A stretch of 64,000 nucleotides of DNA from Candidatus Portnoybacteria bacterium RBG_19FT_COMBO_36_7 (GCA_001819495.1 MHMW01000028.1:69398-133397); one strand, 5' to 3'; counted from the stretch's first letter, positions 39,642-49,213 are shown. Made by a program: numbers and translations. The notes: a model not told the origin generated them from the letters alone.

Positions 39642-40329
39642 GGATAGAGAATTCGCGCTGAAAATTTTGGAAGATATCCGGCAGAGTTATGACAAGATTG
39701 CCGAAGATTTTTCGCGCACAAGAAAATCAGTCTGGGAGGAATTTAAACCGTTGAACCAATATGCTAAAGATGGCGATAAAATCCTGGATTTGGGATGCGG
39801 CAATGGCAGATTCGTTGAATTGTTTCAGGGTAAGAAAGTGGAATATGTCGGAATTGATGCTTCAGAAAAATTAATAGAAATTGCCAGCGGGAAATATCCC
39901 AATATCAATTTTCGGGCTTTCGACGGCCTAAAAATTCCTTTTTCTGATAACTATTTCGACGCGATATATTGCGTAGCTGTTTTGCATCATATTCCGGGGA
40001 ATGAATTAAGGCAAGAATTTTTGAAAGAAGTGTGCCGAGTACTGAAACCAAGCTGTAGATTGGTTTTAAGCACCTGGTATCTATGGCAGCAGAATACATT
40101 TTGGGGATTGCTTTTTAAGTTTACATTAAAAAAGTTAGTTGGCAAGTCGCGTCTGGATTTTTTTGATGTCATGGAGCCCTGGGGAAAAATATCGGAAAGA
40201 TACGTTCATAATTTCAGAAAAAAGGAGTTAAAAAACTTAATCAGAAAATGCGGTTTTGAAATTGAAGACTTTTTTGTTTTAAGAAGAGGATTGCATAATA
40301 ATAATTTATTAATGGTGGCAAAAAAATAA
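39640..40329 (+). CDS. class I SAM methyltransferase, Trm9/ALKBH8-like
   Basis: YDKIAEDFSRTR..W, DLGCGNGR, AVLHHI, D..EPW, RYVH.F...EL. Confidence 0.8.
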   Translation: MDREFALKILEDIRQSYDKIAEDFSRTRKSVWEEFKPLNQYAKDGDKILDLGCGNGRFVELFQGKKVEYVGIDASEKLIEIASGKYPNINFRAFDGLKIPFSDNYFDAIYCVAVLHHIPGNELRQEFLKEVCRVLKPSCRLVLSTWYLWQQNTFWGLLFKFTLKKLVGKSRLDFFDVMEPWGKISERYVHNFRKKELKNLIRKCGFEIEDFFVLRRGLHNNNLLMVAKK

Positions 40330-41657
40330 TGTCGTTCATCGCCGATTTTCATATTCATTCTAAATACTCCCGCGCCACCTCGCGCGATATGGACCTGGAG
40401 CATCTTGAGCAGTGGGCAAAGATAAAAGGGATCAAGATTCTGGGCACGGGCGATTTTACCCATCCTGTCTGGTTTAAAGAGTTGACCTCCAGACTTGAGC
40501 CGGCTGAAAAAGGGCTGTTTAAAATTAAAAGGCATGGTTTGAACGGAAAGTCAAAAAACGGAAATGATCTGGGCTGGTATACTCCTTGCTTCAGGCCTGA
40601 AGAAATCAGGTTTATTCTAACGACAGAAATCAGCTGTATTTATTCAAAAAACAACCGGACCAGAAAAATTCATCTGATTGTCTTTGCGCCAAGCTTTGAA
40701 TTTGTTGAAAAATTCAATACTCACCTGGGATGGCTGGGAAATCTGAAAGCGGATGGCCGGCCGATTTTGGGGCTGGATGCAAAAGAAATTGTTAAAATTT
40801 CCCTGAATTTGTCGTCAGAGGCAATGGTTGTTCCCGGCCATGCCTGGACTCCCTGGTTTTCTATCTTTGGCTCAATGTCGGGTTTTAATTCAATTCAGGA
40901 ATGCTTCGACGAATATTCGAGGCATATTTATGCGATTGAAACCGGCCTTTCCAGCGATCCGGCCATGAACTGGCGGGTAGCAGATTTAGACGACATAACC
41001 TTAATTTCTAATTCCGATTCCCACAGCCCGCAGAAAATTGGCCGGGAGGCAAATATTTTGGAAGGCAAAGAGATTAGTTATTCAAAGATTACCGAAGCGA
41101 TACGGCTGGGAGCCAAAGCGCCAAAATCAAATAGCCTGCGATTGATAAAAACAGTTGAATTCTTTCCTGAAGAAGGAAAATATCATTATGACGGCCATCG
41201 CGTCTGCAAGGTCGTTTTTAGTCCCCAAGAAACAAAAAAACATAAAAATATCTGTCCTGTCTGCGGCCGGCCCCTGACCATCGGAGTAATGAACAGGGTG
41301 GATGAGCTGGCCAAGCGGCCTGAGGAATTCAAAAAAGAAGGGGCGATTCCGTATTTAAGCCTTATTCCGCTTGAAGAAATAATTGCCGATGCATTTGGAG
41401 TCGGAGTTGGCACAAAAACAGTTGACCGTGAATATAAAGATCTGATAAATAAATTCGGCAACGAATTCAATATTTTGATGGACGCTTCCCGCAGCGAACT
41501 TGAAAGGTCAACTAAGCCCGAAGTGGCAGAAGGAATTATCAGGGTCAGAGAGAAAAAGGTAAAGATTGAGCCGGGCTATGACGGCGAATACGGAAAGATC
41601 AAGATTTTTAGCGAGGGAGAACAGAAGGGTTATTCCAAGCAGAGCAGCCTTTTTTGA
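40329..41657 (+). CDS. endonuclease Q family (PHP domain plus zinc finger)
   Basis: DFHIHSKYS, GTGDFTHP, HAWTPW, ETGLSSD, SNSDSHS, GKYHYDGHR.C, CPVCG, PGYDG.YG. Confidence 0.9.
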   Translation: MSFIADFHIHSKYSRATSRDMDLEHLEQWAKIKGIKILGTGDFTHPVWFKELTSRLEPAEKGLFKIKRHGLNGKSKNGNDLGWYTPCFRPEEIRFILTTEISCIYSKNNRTRKIHLIVFAPSFEFVEKFNTHLGWLGNLKADGRPILGLDAKEIVKISLNLSSEAMVVPGHAWTPWFSIFGSMSGFNSIQECFDEYSRHIYAIETGLSSDPAMNWRVADLDDITLISNSDSHSPQKIGREANILEGKEISYSKITEAIRLGAKAPKSNSLRLIKTVEFFPEEGKYHYDGHRVCKVVFSPQETKKHKNICPVCGRPLTIGVMNRVDELAKRPEEFKKEGAIPYLSLIPLEEIIADAFGVGVGTKTVDREYKDLINKFGNEFNILMDASRSELERSTKPEVAEGIIRVREKKVKIEPGYDGEYGKIKIFSEGEQKGYSKQSSLF

Positions 41658-41808
41658 ATATTGACTTGTGGCCCCAAAGGGCTATCATATAAATAGACAA
41701 ATAAGTTAGCTACAATCGAGGTCCCAAAAAGTATTTTAGTTTTATCTAGGTATCTTTGAAGGCCAAAGAAGTATTAACTTATTAGTCTGGAAAGCGAGGT
41801 GAAAAAAT

Positions 41809-42021
41809 TTGGCCTTCAATAAATTTGGCAAAGGACCTCGAAGAGATGACGGCGGCGCCGGTCCTGGCGGAGGTTTTCAGCGGCAGATGTTCCAGGGCGA
41901 CTGGACCTGTTCTGATTGCGGAGGAAAAATAACGGAACTGCCCTTCCAGCCGGCACCGGATCGTCCTATATACTGCCGTGACTGCCACCAGAAACACAGG
42001 CAAGATCGTTTTAGCCGCTAA
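41809..42021 (+). CDS. CxxC-x17-CxxC zinc-ribbon protein
   Basis: CSDCG....ELPFQP..DRPIYCRDC. Confidence 0.85.
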   Translation: MAFNKFGKGPRRDDGGAGPGGGFQRQMFQGDWTCSDCGGKITELPFQPAPDRPIYCRDCHQKHRQDRFSR

Positions 42022-42157
42022 TCTTTATCTGCAGATAATTCAAAGCCCCGACTGAACCGGGGTTTTGAATTATTTTTAAGTTGACGGATTCTTTGTTATT
42101 GTGATAATTTTATATAACAAGTTGTTTAATAATTGAATAAAAAAACAAAAAGGAGGA

Positions 42158-42547
42158 ATGGATATGCATGCACATTTTGGAGATCCGTTGGTGGTCGAGG
42201 GTAATTATTTTTTCCGTTTGCCTGCCGGAAGAAAAGGCAAGGCATTGGAAGAAGGGTATCGGATATTTGATTTAGATAATCCAACCAAAGTAGTGGATAT
42301 CACCGGCAGAGAGCTTGGTGAGGCGCAGGTAATTTCTACAAAACAGACCAAGTTTGATTATTTGTCCAAAAAAGATATCGGCGAACTGAAAAACCTTGGC
42401 CTTAAATCAAAAGAGCAGGCATTAAGGACTCTTAACAGCAGATATTCAAAAAATATCAGATGGGTTACTTTTGTGATATTTATTCCAGTAGTAAGATTGG
42501 TCAATAGAGAACCTTTTTATAAAAAGGAGGTCGTTGATGGAAGATGA
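42158..42547 (+). CDS. hypothetical protein
   Basis: ORF with aggagg SD and own promoter. Confidence 0.65.
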   Translation: MDMHAHFGDPLVVEGNYFFRLPAGRKGKALEEGYRIFDLDNPTKVVDITGRELGEAQVISTKQTKFDYLSKKDIGELKNLGLKSKEQALRTLNSRYSKNIRWVTFVIFIPVVRLVNREPFYKKEVVDGR

Positions 42548-42818
42548 ATGTAAATTTTTTGAAAGTGATAAAGTTGAGGGAGTTTCTGAATCAGAAATAC
42601 GGAGTTTCAATAATGATTACGATTACCGGTGCCCTCATTGCGGAAGCAGTGAATATCTTGTTTATCTTAACCATATCATAGGCTGCAACTGGATTATTTT
42701 TTCATGCGAGAAATGCCTGATTGGGTTCAAGGAGGAAGATCTGGTAGGCGGGTTTTTCCCGCAGAAACAATTATGGCTAAAAGAAAAGTACCAACAAAAA
42801 CAGAGAACTAAAAGTTAA
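42534..42818 (+). CDS. hypothetical zinc-ribbon protein
   Basis: CPHCGS...CEKC; SD aaggagg. Confidence 0.65.
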   Translation: MMEDECKFFESDKVEGVSESEIRSFNNDYDYRCPHCGSSEYLVYLNHIIGCNWIIFSCEKCLIGFKEEDLVGGFFPQKQLWLKEKYQQKQRTKS

Positions 42819-42853
42819 TTAAGGCCGGGTTTTTGCTACCCGGCTTTTTTATT

Positions 42854-42916
42854 GGCGGGTAGTGAAATTTCGTCAATAATTTTTTGGGCGAAACAGTCGA
42901 AATTCTACTACCCGCC
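42854..42916. repeat. ~75-bp palindromic element, variant copy
   Basis: ggcgggtagtgaaatttcg...cgaaattctactacccgcc. Confidence 0.7.
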
Positions 42917-42951
42917 TTGCCCAATTAATTGAATTACATTACGATTATCGT

Positions 42952-43893
42952 ATGAAGAAAAACAAAAAAGCAAAAGCTTTGGTTTTGCTTTCAGGCGGCT
43001 TGGATTCAATTTTGGCCGTCAGATTATTGCAGGAACAGGGAATAGAAGTTGTGGCGATAAATTTCCGGACTAATTTTTGCGGCCCGTCCAAAGCCAGACC
43101 GGCGGCGCAGGCGCTGGGCGTGCCTCTGCGCGAAGTTGATATCAGAAATGAATTTATTGAAGTTTTGAAGAAACCAAAACACGGCTACGGCGCGGGACTG
43201 AATCCCTGCATTGACTGCCACGCCTTGATGCTAAAAAAAGCAGCAGAGATCACGAGGCGGGAAGGTTATGATTTTGTGGCCACCGGCGAAGTTTTAGGCG
43301 AACGGCCGATGTCTCAGTATAGAAAAGCCTTAAAGATCGTGGAAAAAGAAGCTGGCCTGGAAGGTTATTTATTGCGTCCGCTTTCCGCCAAATTGCTTGA
43401 GCCGACAGTTGCCGAACATGACGGTCGTATCAATCGTGAAAAATTATTGGCTTTGAGCGGTCGCAACCGGAAACCGCAGATGGAACTGGCAAAAAAATTT
43501 GGCATTAAACAATATCCCAGCCCGGCGGGCGGCTGCGCTCTGACGCAGGCTGGATTTGTTGAGCGGTTAAGGGAACTGATAGGTCAAAAACCGGATTTTA
43601 ATTCAGAAGACACAGATTTAGTGCGGATTGGCAGGCATTTTTGGATTGAAGGCAGGCAGATTATCATTGGCCGCAATAAAGAGGAAAATCAAATTTTGGA
43701 AGCCATTTTTAAAAAAGGCGATATTTTAATTAAGCCAAAAAGCTTTATCGGGCCAAGCGCCCTTTTGCGAGGAGAAAAAATTGACAGCCAGATAGTTCAA
43801 AGAATCAAAGAATTAATCTTTAAGTTTTCGTCTGGGGCAAAAAATTTAGATATATCGGAATTAAATTTTAAAACGAGAGGCAGAATCAAATAA
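42952..43893 (+). CDS. PP-loop tRNA sulfurtransferase (ThiI/MnmA-like, no THUMP domain)
   Basis: SGGLDS, NPCIDC, ATGEVLGERPMSQ, LRPLSA, PSPAGGC, GRHF, GRN..EN. Confidence 0.85.
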   Translation: MKKNKKAKALVLLSGGLDSILAVRLLQEQGIEVVAINFRTNFCGPSKARPAAQALGVPLREVDIRNEFIEVLKKPKHGYGAGLNPCIDCHALMLKKAAEITRREGYDFVATGEVLGERPMSQYRKALKIVEKEAGLEGYLLRPLSAKLLEPTVAEHDGRINREKLLALSGRNRKPQMELAKKFGIKQYPSPAGGCALTQAGFVERLRELIGQKPDFNSEDTDLVRIGRHFWIEGRQIIIGRNKEENQILEAIFKKGDILIKPKSFIGPSALLRGEKIDSQIVQRIKELIFKFSSGAKNLDISELNFKTRGRIK

Positions 43894-43943
43894 AAAATTT
43901 AAAGAGACAAGTTCTTTTAAAAAAACAAAAAGGAGGCACAAAA

Positions 43944-44114
43944 ATGAAACCGGATGAAATTTGGGAAAGTTTTTTGGTAAAGGTAAAATATGCAGGGGAG
44001 GATATTTGGAATTTTTTATTGTTTAAGCTGGCAATCTGGATATTAGCCGGTGCGATTATCGGATTTTTGGAAACAAAAGAATTTTTTGAAAAGACGATTA
44101 AAAAACGAAAATAG
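43944..44114 (+). CDS. small single-TM hypothetical protein (56 aa, absent from the ORF track)
   Basis: MKPDEIWESFLVKVKYAGEDIWNFLLFKLAIWILAGAIIGFLETKEFFEKTIKKRK behind aaggagg. Confidence 0.6.
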   Translation: MKPDEIWESFLVKVKYAGEDIWNFLLFKLAIWILAGAIIGFLETKEFFEKTIKKRK

Positions 44115-44165
44115 CCAAATCATCAAATGCCAAAGAGAAGTTCCATTCTTTGTTTTTGCCAAGAT

Positions 44166-44194
44166 TGACAATTATCTTGGTTTAAGATATAATT
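44166..44194 (+). promoter_or_regulatory. consensus sigma70 promoter
   Basis: TTGACA-17 nt-TATAAT. Confidence 0.8.
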
Positions 44195-44244
44195 ATAATC
44201 CAGTTGGATGAATCAAAATTCTTTAAAAATTTAAGGAGGTAAAA

Positions 44245-44691
44245 ATGAGAAGCAATGACAATGGCAGTAGGAAACAAACAACTTTTCCTATCAAATGTTA
44301 TTATTGCAGAGAAGAATTTAAAGTGGCAGCAGACCATCCGAGTTTCATCAATAAGGCTTTTTGCAATAAAAGGGAATGCGTAGAAAAACACTTCGAAGAC
44401 AAAAAGAACGGCAGGAAGCGGCTCGAGAAATATAAAGCACATGTTATCTCGGAAAAAGAGAAACATAAAAAGAAGAAAAAATTCATGGTGGTTTTTTTTG
44501 TTGACGAAGAGAAAAAAGTTGTTTTCAGGGAAAATGGCGGCGGACCGCCCATCCGGGTCGGGGAAATAATCCCGGAAGAAAGAATTCCCGAAAGGCTGAA
44601 AGATAATGATTATGTTTTTGTAATAGAAGGTTTTGGTCTGCCTGGCCGGATAAACCAATATCGTAGGGACATTATCAGAGGGCTCTCTTAA
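44245..44691 (+). CDS. hypothetical protein with CxxC...CxxxxC zinc-binding motif
   Basis: CYYC..FCNKREC; SD taaggaggt. Confidence 0.65.
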   Translation: MRSNDNGSRKQTTFPIKCYYCREEFKVAADHPSFINKAFCNKRECVEKHFEDKKNGRKRLEKYKAHVISEKEKHKKKKKFMVVFFVDEEKKVVFRENGGGPPIRVGEIIPEERIPERLKDNDYVFVIEGFGLPGRINQYRRDIIRGLS

Positions 44692-44766
44692 AAAATTAAA
44701 ATAGCGGACTTTAAACTTAAGGTCCGCTTTTTGATTTTTTTGGGCAGATGCTGATATAATGAAAAT

Positions 44767-46491
44767 ATGATGAATTCAAAAATAGCCAAGATTTTTTATC
44801 AGATATCGGAATATCTTATCATGAAAGATGTGGCTTTTAAGCCCCAGGCCTATGAGCGGGCAGCGCGGCTTATCGAATCAATGGAAGAAGATCTTGATGA
44901 TGTCTACAAAAAAGGCGGGGTTAAAGCTTTGATGAAAATTGAAGGCATTGGAGAAAGCATGGCGGAAAAAATAGAGGAATTCATCAAAACAGGCAAAATA
45001 AAAGATTATGAAAAATTGCGAAAAGAGTGCCCGGTTGACCTGGAAGTGCTGACATCAGTAGAGGGGATCGGGCCAAAAATGATAAAAGCGCTTTACGAAA
45101 AACTGCATGTGAAAACGTTAAACGATTTGGAAAAAGCGGCCAAAGCCCATAAGATTCAGAAATTGCCGCGATTCGGGCCCAAAGTCGAGGAAAATATCTT
45201 GACCGGCATTGAATTTGCCAAAGGAAGCCATGGCCGGTTTTTGCTGGGTTTTATTTTGCCGCTGGTGCGAAAAATAGAAAATCGGCTGCGGGATCTGGAT
45301 TTTGTTTCCCAGGCAGTGGCGGCCGGTTCGGTCCGCCGCATGAAAGAAACCGTCGGGGATATCGATATTTTAGTCGTTTCTTCCAAGCCGGAAAAAGCGA
45401 TGGACTATTTTTGTTCGATGAACGAAGTGGAAAAAATAATTGCCAAAGGAGAAACAAAGAGTTCAGTACGGCTGGATCTGGGGCTGGATGCCGATATCAG
45501 GGTTGTTGCAAAAGAAAGTTTCGGCGCCGCTCTGCAGTATTTTACCGGCAATAAAGACCATAACGTGGTGCTTCGCCGGCTGGCTCAGGATAAAAGATTT
45601 AAGCTCAACGAATACGGCATTTTTCGCGGCAAAAAACGAATTGCCGGAAAAACCGAAGAGGAAGTTTATAAAGTTCTTGGACTTGAATGGATGGATCCGG
45701 AATTAAGAGAAAATACAGGCGAAATAGAGGCATCTGATTCGGGCAAACTGCCGAAACTCGTCGATTACAAAGATATCAAAGGCGATCTGCAGATGCATTC
45801 GGAATGGTCGGATGGCGCGCATTCAATAAAAAAATTAGCCGAAACAGCAGGACAGCTTGGCCATGAATATATTGCCATAACCGATCATACGGGCGAGCTA
45901 CGCATTGCCGGCGGCATGAGCGAAAAAGAAATTTTGAGATATTTTGTCGAAATCGAAAAGATTGATAAGGCGCTTAAAGGCATCAGAATTTTAAAAGGAA
46001 TTGAAACAAATATCAGAAAAGACGGGACAATTGATATCTCTGACAAAATTCTGGCCAAAGCAGACATTGTTTTGGCTTCGGTGCATTCCAATTTTAAAAT
46101 GGGCAAAGAAGAGATGACAAAAAGGATCTGCCGCGCAATGGAAAATCCATACGTTGACATTATTTCCCATCCAACGGCCAGGGTCATTCAGGGCCGGCCA
46201 GGATACGAAGTTGATTTTGACAAACTTTTTGAATGCGCCAAGCGAACAGGCACGGTGCTGGAAATAAATTCTTATCCAGACAGACTTGATCTTTCTGACG
46301 TCAATATCAAGCGGGCAATTGGGGCGGGAGTTAAACTTTCCATCGGCACTGATTCGCATTCAAGAAACCAGCTGCACAATATCGAACTTGGCATTGCGCA
46401 GGCGAGGCGAGGTTGGTCTGAAAAGAAAGACATAATCAACACAATGGGCTTTGAAGATTTAATAGTTTTTTTAAAGAGGCATAAAAAATGA
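44767..46491 (+). CDS. polX: DNA polymerase X with PHP domain
   Basis: GSVRR.KETVGDIDIL, YFTGNK.HN, LNEYG, PELRE, HSEWSDG, TDH, HPT.R, GTDSH. Confidence 0.95.
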   Translation: MMNSKIAKIFYQISEYLIMKDVAFKPQAYERAARLIESMEEDLDDVYKKGGVKALMKIEGIGESMAEKIEEFIKTGKIKDYEKLRKECPVDLEVLTSVEGIGPKMIKALYEKLHVKTLNDLEKAAKAHKIQKLPRFGPKVEENILTGIEFAKGSHGRFLLGFILPLVRKIENRLRDLDFVSQAVAAGSVRRMKETVGDIDILVVSSKPEKAMDYFCSMNEVEKIIAKGETKSSVRLDLGLDADIRVVAKESFGAALQYFTGNKDHNVVLRRLAQDKRFKLNEYGIFRGKKRIAGKTEEEVYKVLGLEWMDPELRENTGEIEASDSGKLPKLVDYKDIKGDLQMHSEWSDGAHSIKKLAETAGQLGHEYIAITDHTGELRIAGGMSEKEILRYFVEIEKIDKALKGIRILKGIETNIRKDGTIDISDKILAKADIVLASVHSNFKMGKEEMTKRICRAMENPYVDIISHPTARVIQGRPGYEVDFDKLFECAKRTGTVLEINSYPDRLDLSDVNIKRAIGAGVKLSIGTDSHSRNQLHNIELGIAQARRGWSEKKDIINTMGFEDLIVFLKRHKK

Positions 46492-47087
46492 AATTTGCGA
46501 AAATTTATTTGGTGCGGCATGGCGAGGTTGCAAATTATAAAAATATCATTTACGGATACAGGCCGCTAAAATTAAGCAAGAAAGGGGAGCGAGAGGCCAG
46601 AGAAACCGCTGTTTTTTTGAAAAACAAAAATATTACGGCGATTTTTTCAAGCCCGCAAAAAAGAACCCAGCAGACTTCCAAAATCATAAGCCAGGTTATT
46701 TCAAAAAGAAAGACAAAAGTCCAGACAGAAAGAGATCTGCGTGAATCAGGCTGGGGGCATTTTTTGGAAGGGTTGACCTGGGAGCAGGTAAGAAAAAAAT
46801 ATCCAAAAGAGACGCTTCTTTATAACCGCGAGCCTTCCAAGATAAAAAAAGGCGAAAGCCTGCAAAAAATGGCTGGCCGGATGTTAAAAATTATCCAAAA
46901 AATAATTAAAAAATATCCGGGTCAAAATTTTGTCATTGTTTCGCACCGCGACCCTATTCTGGCTTTGTTGCTTAAAATTTCCAAGCGCAGTTTCAATGAT
47001 CTGCACAAGGTTCAATATCTATGCGGCACCGGCTCGGTCCTGGAAGTTGACTTAATCGGGGAGAGACTGATTAATAAAAACTTTTAA
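46488..47087 (+). CDS. histidine phosphatase family protein
   Basis: LVRHG, SSP..R..QT, LRE, GES, VSH. Confidence 0.88.
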   Translation: MKFAKIYLVRHGEVANYKNIIYGYRPLKLSKKGEREARETAVFLKNKNITAIFSSPQKRTQQTSKIISQVISKRKTKVQTERDLRESGWGHFLEGLTWEQVRKKYPKETLLYNREPSKIKKGESLQKMAGRMLKIIQKIIKKYPGQNFVIVSHRDPILALLLKISKRSFNDLHKVQYLCGTGSVLEVDLIGERLINKNF

Positions 47088-47123
47088 TTTTTCAATTTTC
47101 ATTTTTAACTTAGCGAAGCACTT

Positions 47124-47591
47124 ATGCCTTTTGAAAAATCTGCCGGAGCAATAATTTTTTATAGAGAAAAAGATAGAACCGTAAAATACCTGCTTTTAAA
47201 GCACAGGGCTGGTCATTGGAATTTTCCCAAAGGATTGATCGAGAAAAGAGAGAAGCTGACAGATGCTGCTATGCGCGAGGTCAAAGAGGAAACCGGATTG
47301 GAGCACCCGAGCCTTATTAACGGATTTAAAGAAACTATTAGGTATTTTTTTAGGGCCAAATATGATTATCAGATAAAAGAACGGGGGCTAAAAATGGGGC
47401 AGACAGTTATGAAATTCGTAACATATTTTTTAATGGAATCAGATGATAAAAATGTTAAGTTATCTTTTGAACACGTTAATTTTGAGTGGTTGGAGTATAG
47501 TGATGCAAAAGAAAGATTAAAGAATTTAAAAAATATGCTGCCGGTTTTAAAAAAAGCCCATCAATTTCTGAACAAAAATGACCGATTTTGA
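47124..47591 (+). CDS. Nudix hydrolase (Ap4A hydrolase-like)
   Basis: SAGAII, HWNFPKG, AAMREVKEETG, LSFEH. Confidence 0.88.
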   Translation: MPFEKSAGAIIFYREKDRTVKYLLLKHRAGHWNFPKGLIEKREKLTDAAMREVKEETGLEHPSLINGFKETIRYFFRAKYDYQIKERGLKMGQTVMKFVTYFLMESDDKNVKLSFEHVNFEWLEYSDAKERLKNLKNMLPVLKKAHQFLNKNDRF

Positions 47592-47832
47592 GAAAAAAAT
47601 ATATAATGTCGTCAAGAAGATCCCGCGCGGAAAAGTGTTGACTTATAAGCAGGTAGCGCTAAAATTGGGGAATATCGGTTTTGCCAGAGCGGTGGGGAAC
47701 GCGTTGAATAAAAACCGGGATAAAAAAGTTCCTTGTCATCGGGTCATCCGTTCGGACGGAAAAACAGGAGGTTATCAAGGCGGGGTTAAGAAAAAAGTTC
47801 TTTTACTTCAAAAAGAAGGTTATTTAAAATAA
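47578..47832 (+). CDS. MGMT-family alkyltransferase (C-terminal domain only)
   Basis: IPRGKVLTY, ARAVGNAL, VPCHRV. Confidence 0.9.
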   Translation: MTDFEKKIYNVVKKIPRGKVLTYKQVALKLGNIGFARAVGNALNKNRDKKVPCHRVIRSDGKTGGYQGGVKKKVLLLQKEGYLK

Positions 47833-47848
47833 AAAAAGGAGGTTAAAA

Positions 47849-48217
47849 ATGGAAGCAGTCCAAAAGCTGAACGAAATACAAGCAGTAATAGCTGAACTGG
47901 AAAAGCTTGAAAAATATTTATACGGGCCAATTGAGCGTTTTCGCAAGTTAAGAAAAGAAATTTCTTCATCAGCCGATTTTTTGAGAGGATTGCAAAAAAG
48001 CATCAGGCAGGCAGACAAGAAGGATCACAATTTGACGCTTAAGATAGCGGCCGGAATGGAAACAGCGGATTCAGAGATCCTGAATAAATTTTTTGAGAGG
48101 ACAATCAACGATCTTAATGAGATCAGGCAGGAAATTACAGAAAAATGGTCCGCCTTAAAAGAAGCGAGAGAAGAAAATGCATTGGTTGGCGAGCAGGGAG
48201 AATCAGAAATCTCCTAA
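47849..48217 (+). CDS. hypothetical helical protein
   Basis: 122-aa ORF with aaggagg SD. Confidence 0.6.
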   Translation: MEAVQKLNEIQAVIAELEKLEKYLYGPIERFRKLRKEISSSADFLRGLQKSIRQADKKDHNLTLKIAAGMETADSEILNKFFERTINDLNEIRQEITEKWSALKEAREENALVGEQGESEIS

Positions 48218-48293
48218 TTTTTTGAAAAGCCTTATCTGTGATAAAATAAAGATAAGGCTTTTATTTTTTATGTCCCATAGTGAAAATTTTGGT

Positions 48294-48707
48294 ATGATCA
48301 AATTTCTGAAAAATTGGCTGCCGGTTATTCTGTGGGCGGGATTAATTTTTTATTTATCGGCCCAGCCGGGTTTAAAATCTGGTTATGCCTGGCCTTATGA
48401 TTTCATTTTACGCAAAAGCGCGCACATAACGGAATTTGCCGTTTTATTTTTATTACTCCTGCGTGCATTCGGAAGCCATAATTTACAATCCTCCTCCGCC
48501 CCGCTAAGCGGGGCTACGGAAGGGTTATTCCCTGCCGGAAATAAAAAAGCCCTGTTATGGGCTTTTATGCTGGCGATTTTATATGCGATTTCTGATGAAT
48601 TGCATCAGTCTTGTGTCGTTCAGAGAGTGGCCGGTGCCTCAGACGTGGTCATTGATTCTTTTGGCGTTTTGCTTCTCACTTGGTGGCGAATTCGACGATT
48701 TTCTTGA
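48294..48707 (+). CDS. VanZ-family membrane protein
   Basis: W..LIFYLS, RKSAHITEFAVL, YAISDELHQ, R.A...DV.ID; start reassigned; 3' end overlaps rplT. Confidence 0.85.
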   Translation: MIKFLKNWLPVILWAGLIFYLSAQPGLKSGYAWPYDFILRKSAHITEFAVLFLLLLRAFGSHNLQSSSAPLSGATEGLFPAGNKKALLWAFMLAILYAISDELHQSCVVQRVAGASDVVIDSFGVLLLTWWRIRRFS

Positions 48708-49023
48708 AGGTTTCAGAATTATTCTGAGCCAGGTTTGCCAATATCTTGCGGTCGAGCAGGATATTATTTTTTTTAAGCGCATTAATGAATCGGCTGTAAG
48801 TGATTCCCAGTTCCCGGCAGGCAGCATTAACTTGAATGTTCCAAAGCCCGCGGAAATCAGCTTTTTTCTTCCTTCGGTCAAAATAGGCGCGGGAGAGCGC
48901 ATGGCGTACCGCGTCTTTTGCCTGGCGATAGCGCGAAGAGCGGCTCCACATGTAGCCCTTGGCCATCTTTAAGATTTTTCTTCGTTTTTTGCGAGCGTGA
49001 ACCGCCCGCTTGACTCTGCTCAT
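48676..49023 (-). CDS. rplT: 50S ribosomal protein L20
   Basis: MSRVKR, AKGY, DRRKKK.DFR.LW, YSRFI, LDRKILA. Confidence 0.98.
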   Translation of the reverse strand: MSRVKRAVHARKKRRKILKMAKGYMWSRSSRYRQAKDAVRHALSRAYFDRRKKKADFRGLWNIQVNAACRELGITYSRFINALKKNNILLDRKILANLAQNNSETFKKIVEFATK

Positions 49024-49027
49024 AATT

Positions 49028-49198
49028 TTAGATGATTTTGTTTAACGTTTTAGCTAAATAATTAAAATGCTTTTTTCCTCTTTTGGCCCTTCTGCTGTTT
49101 CCGGATTTTTTGGCCAAAAAATGATTCTGGCCAGTTGGCTGGTGCAGCATCTTTCCGCTTCTGGTAATTTTAAAACGCTTCAGCAGCGCTTTATTCAT
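49028..49198 (-). CDS. rpmI: 50S ribosomal protein L35 (absent from the ORF track)
   Basis: Manual translation MNKALLKRFKITRSGKMLHQPTGQNHFLAKKSG...; lies between infC and rplT. Confidence 0.9.
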   Translation of the reverse strand: MNKALLKRFKITRSGKMLHQPTGQNHFLAKKSGNSRRAKRGKKHFNYLAKTLNKII

Positions 49199-49213
49199 AT
49201 TGTTTTTTGTTAT

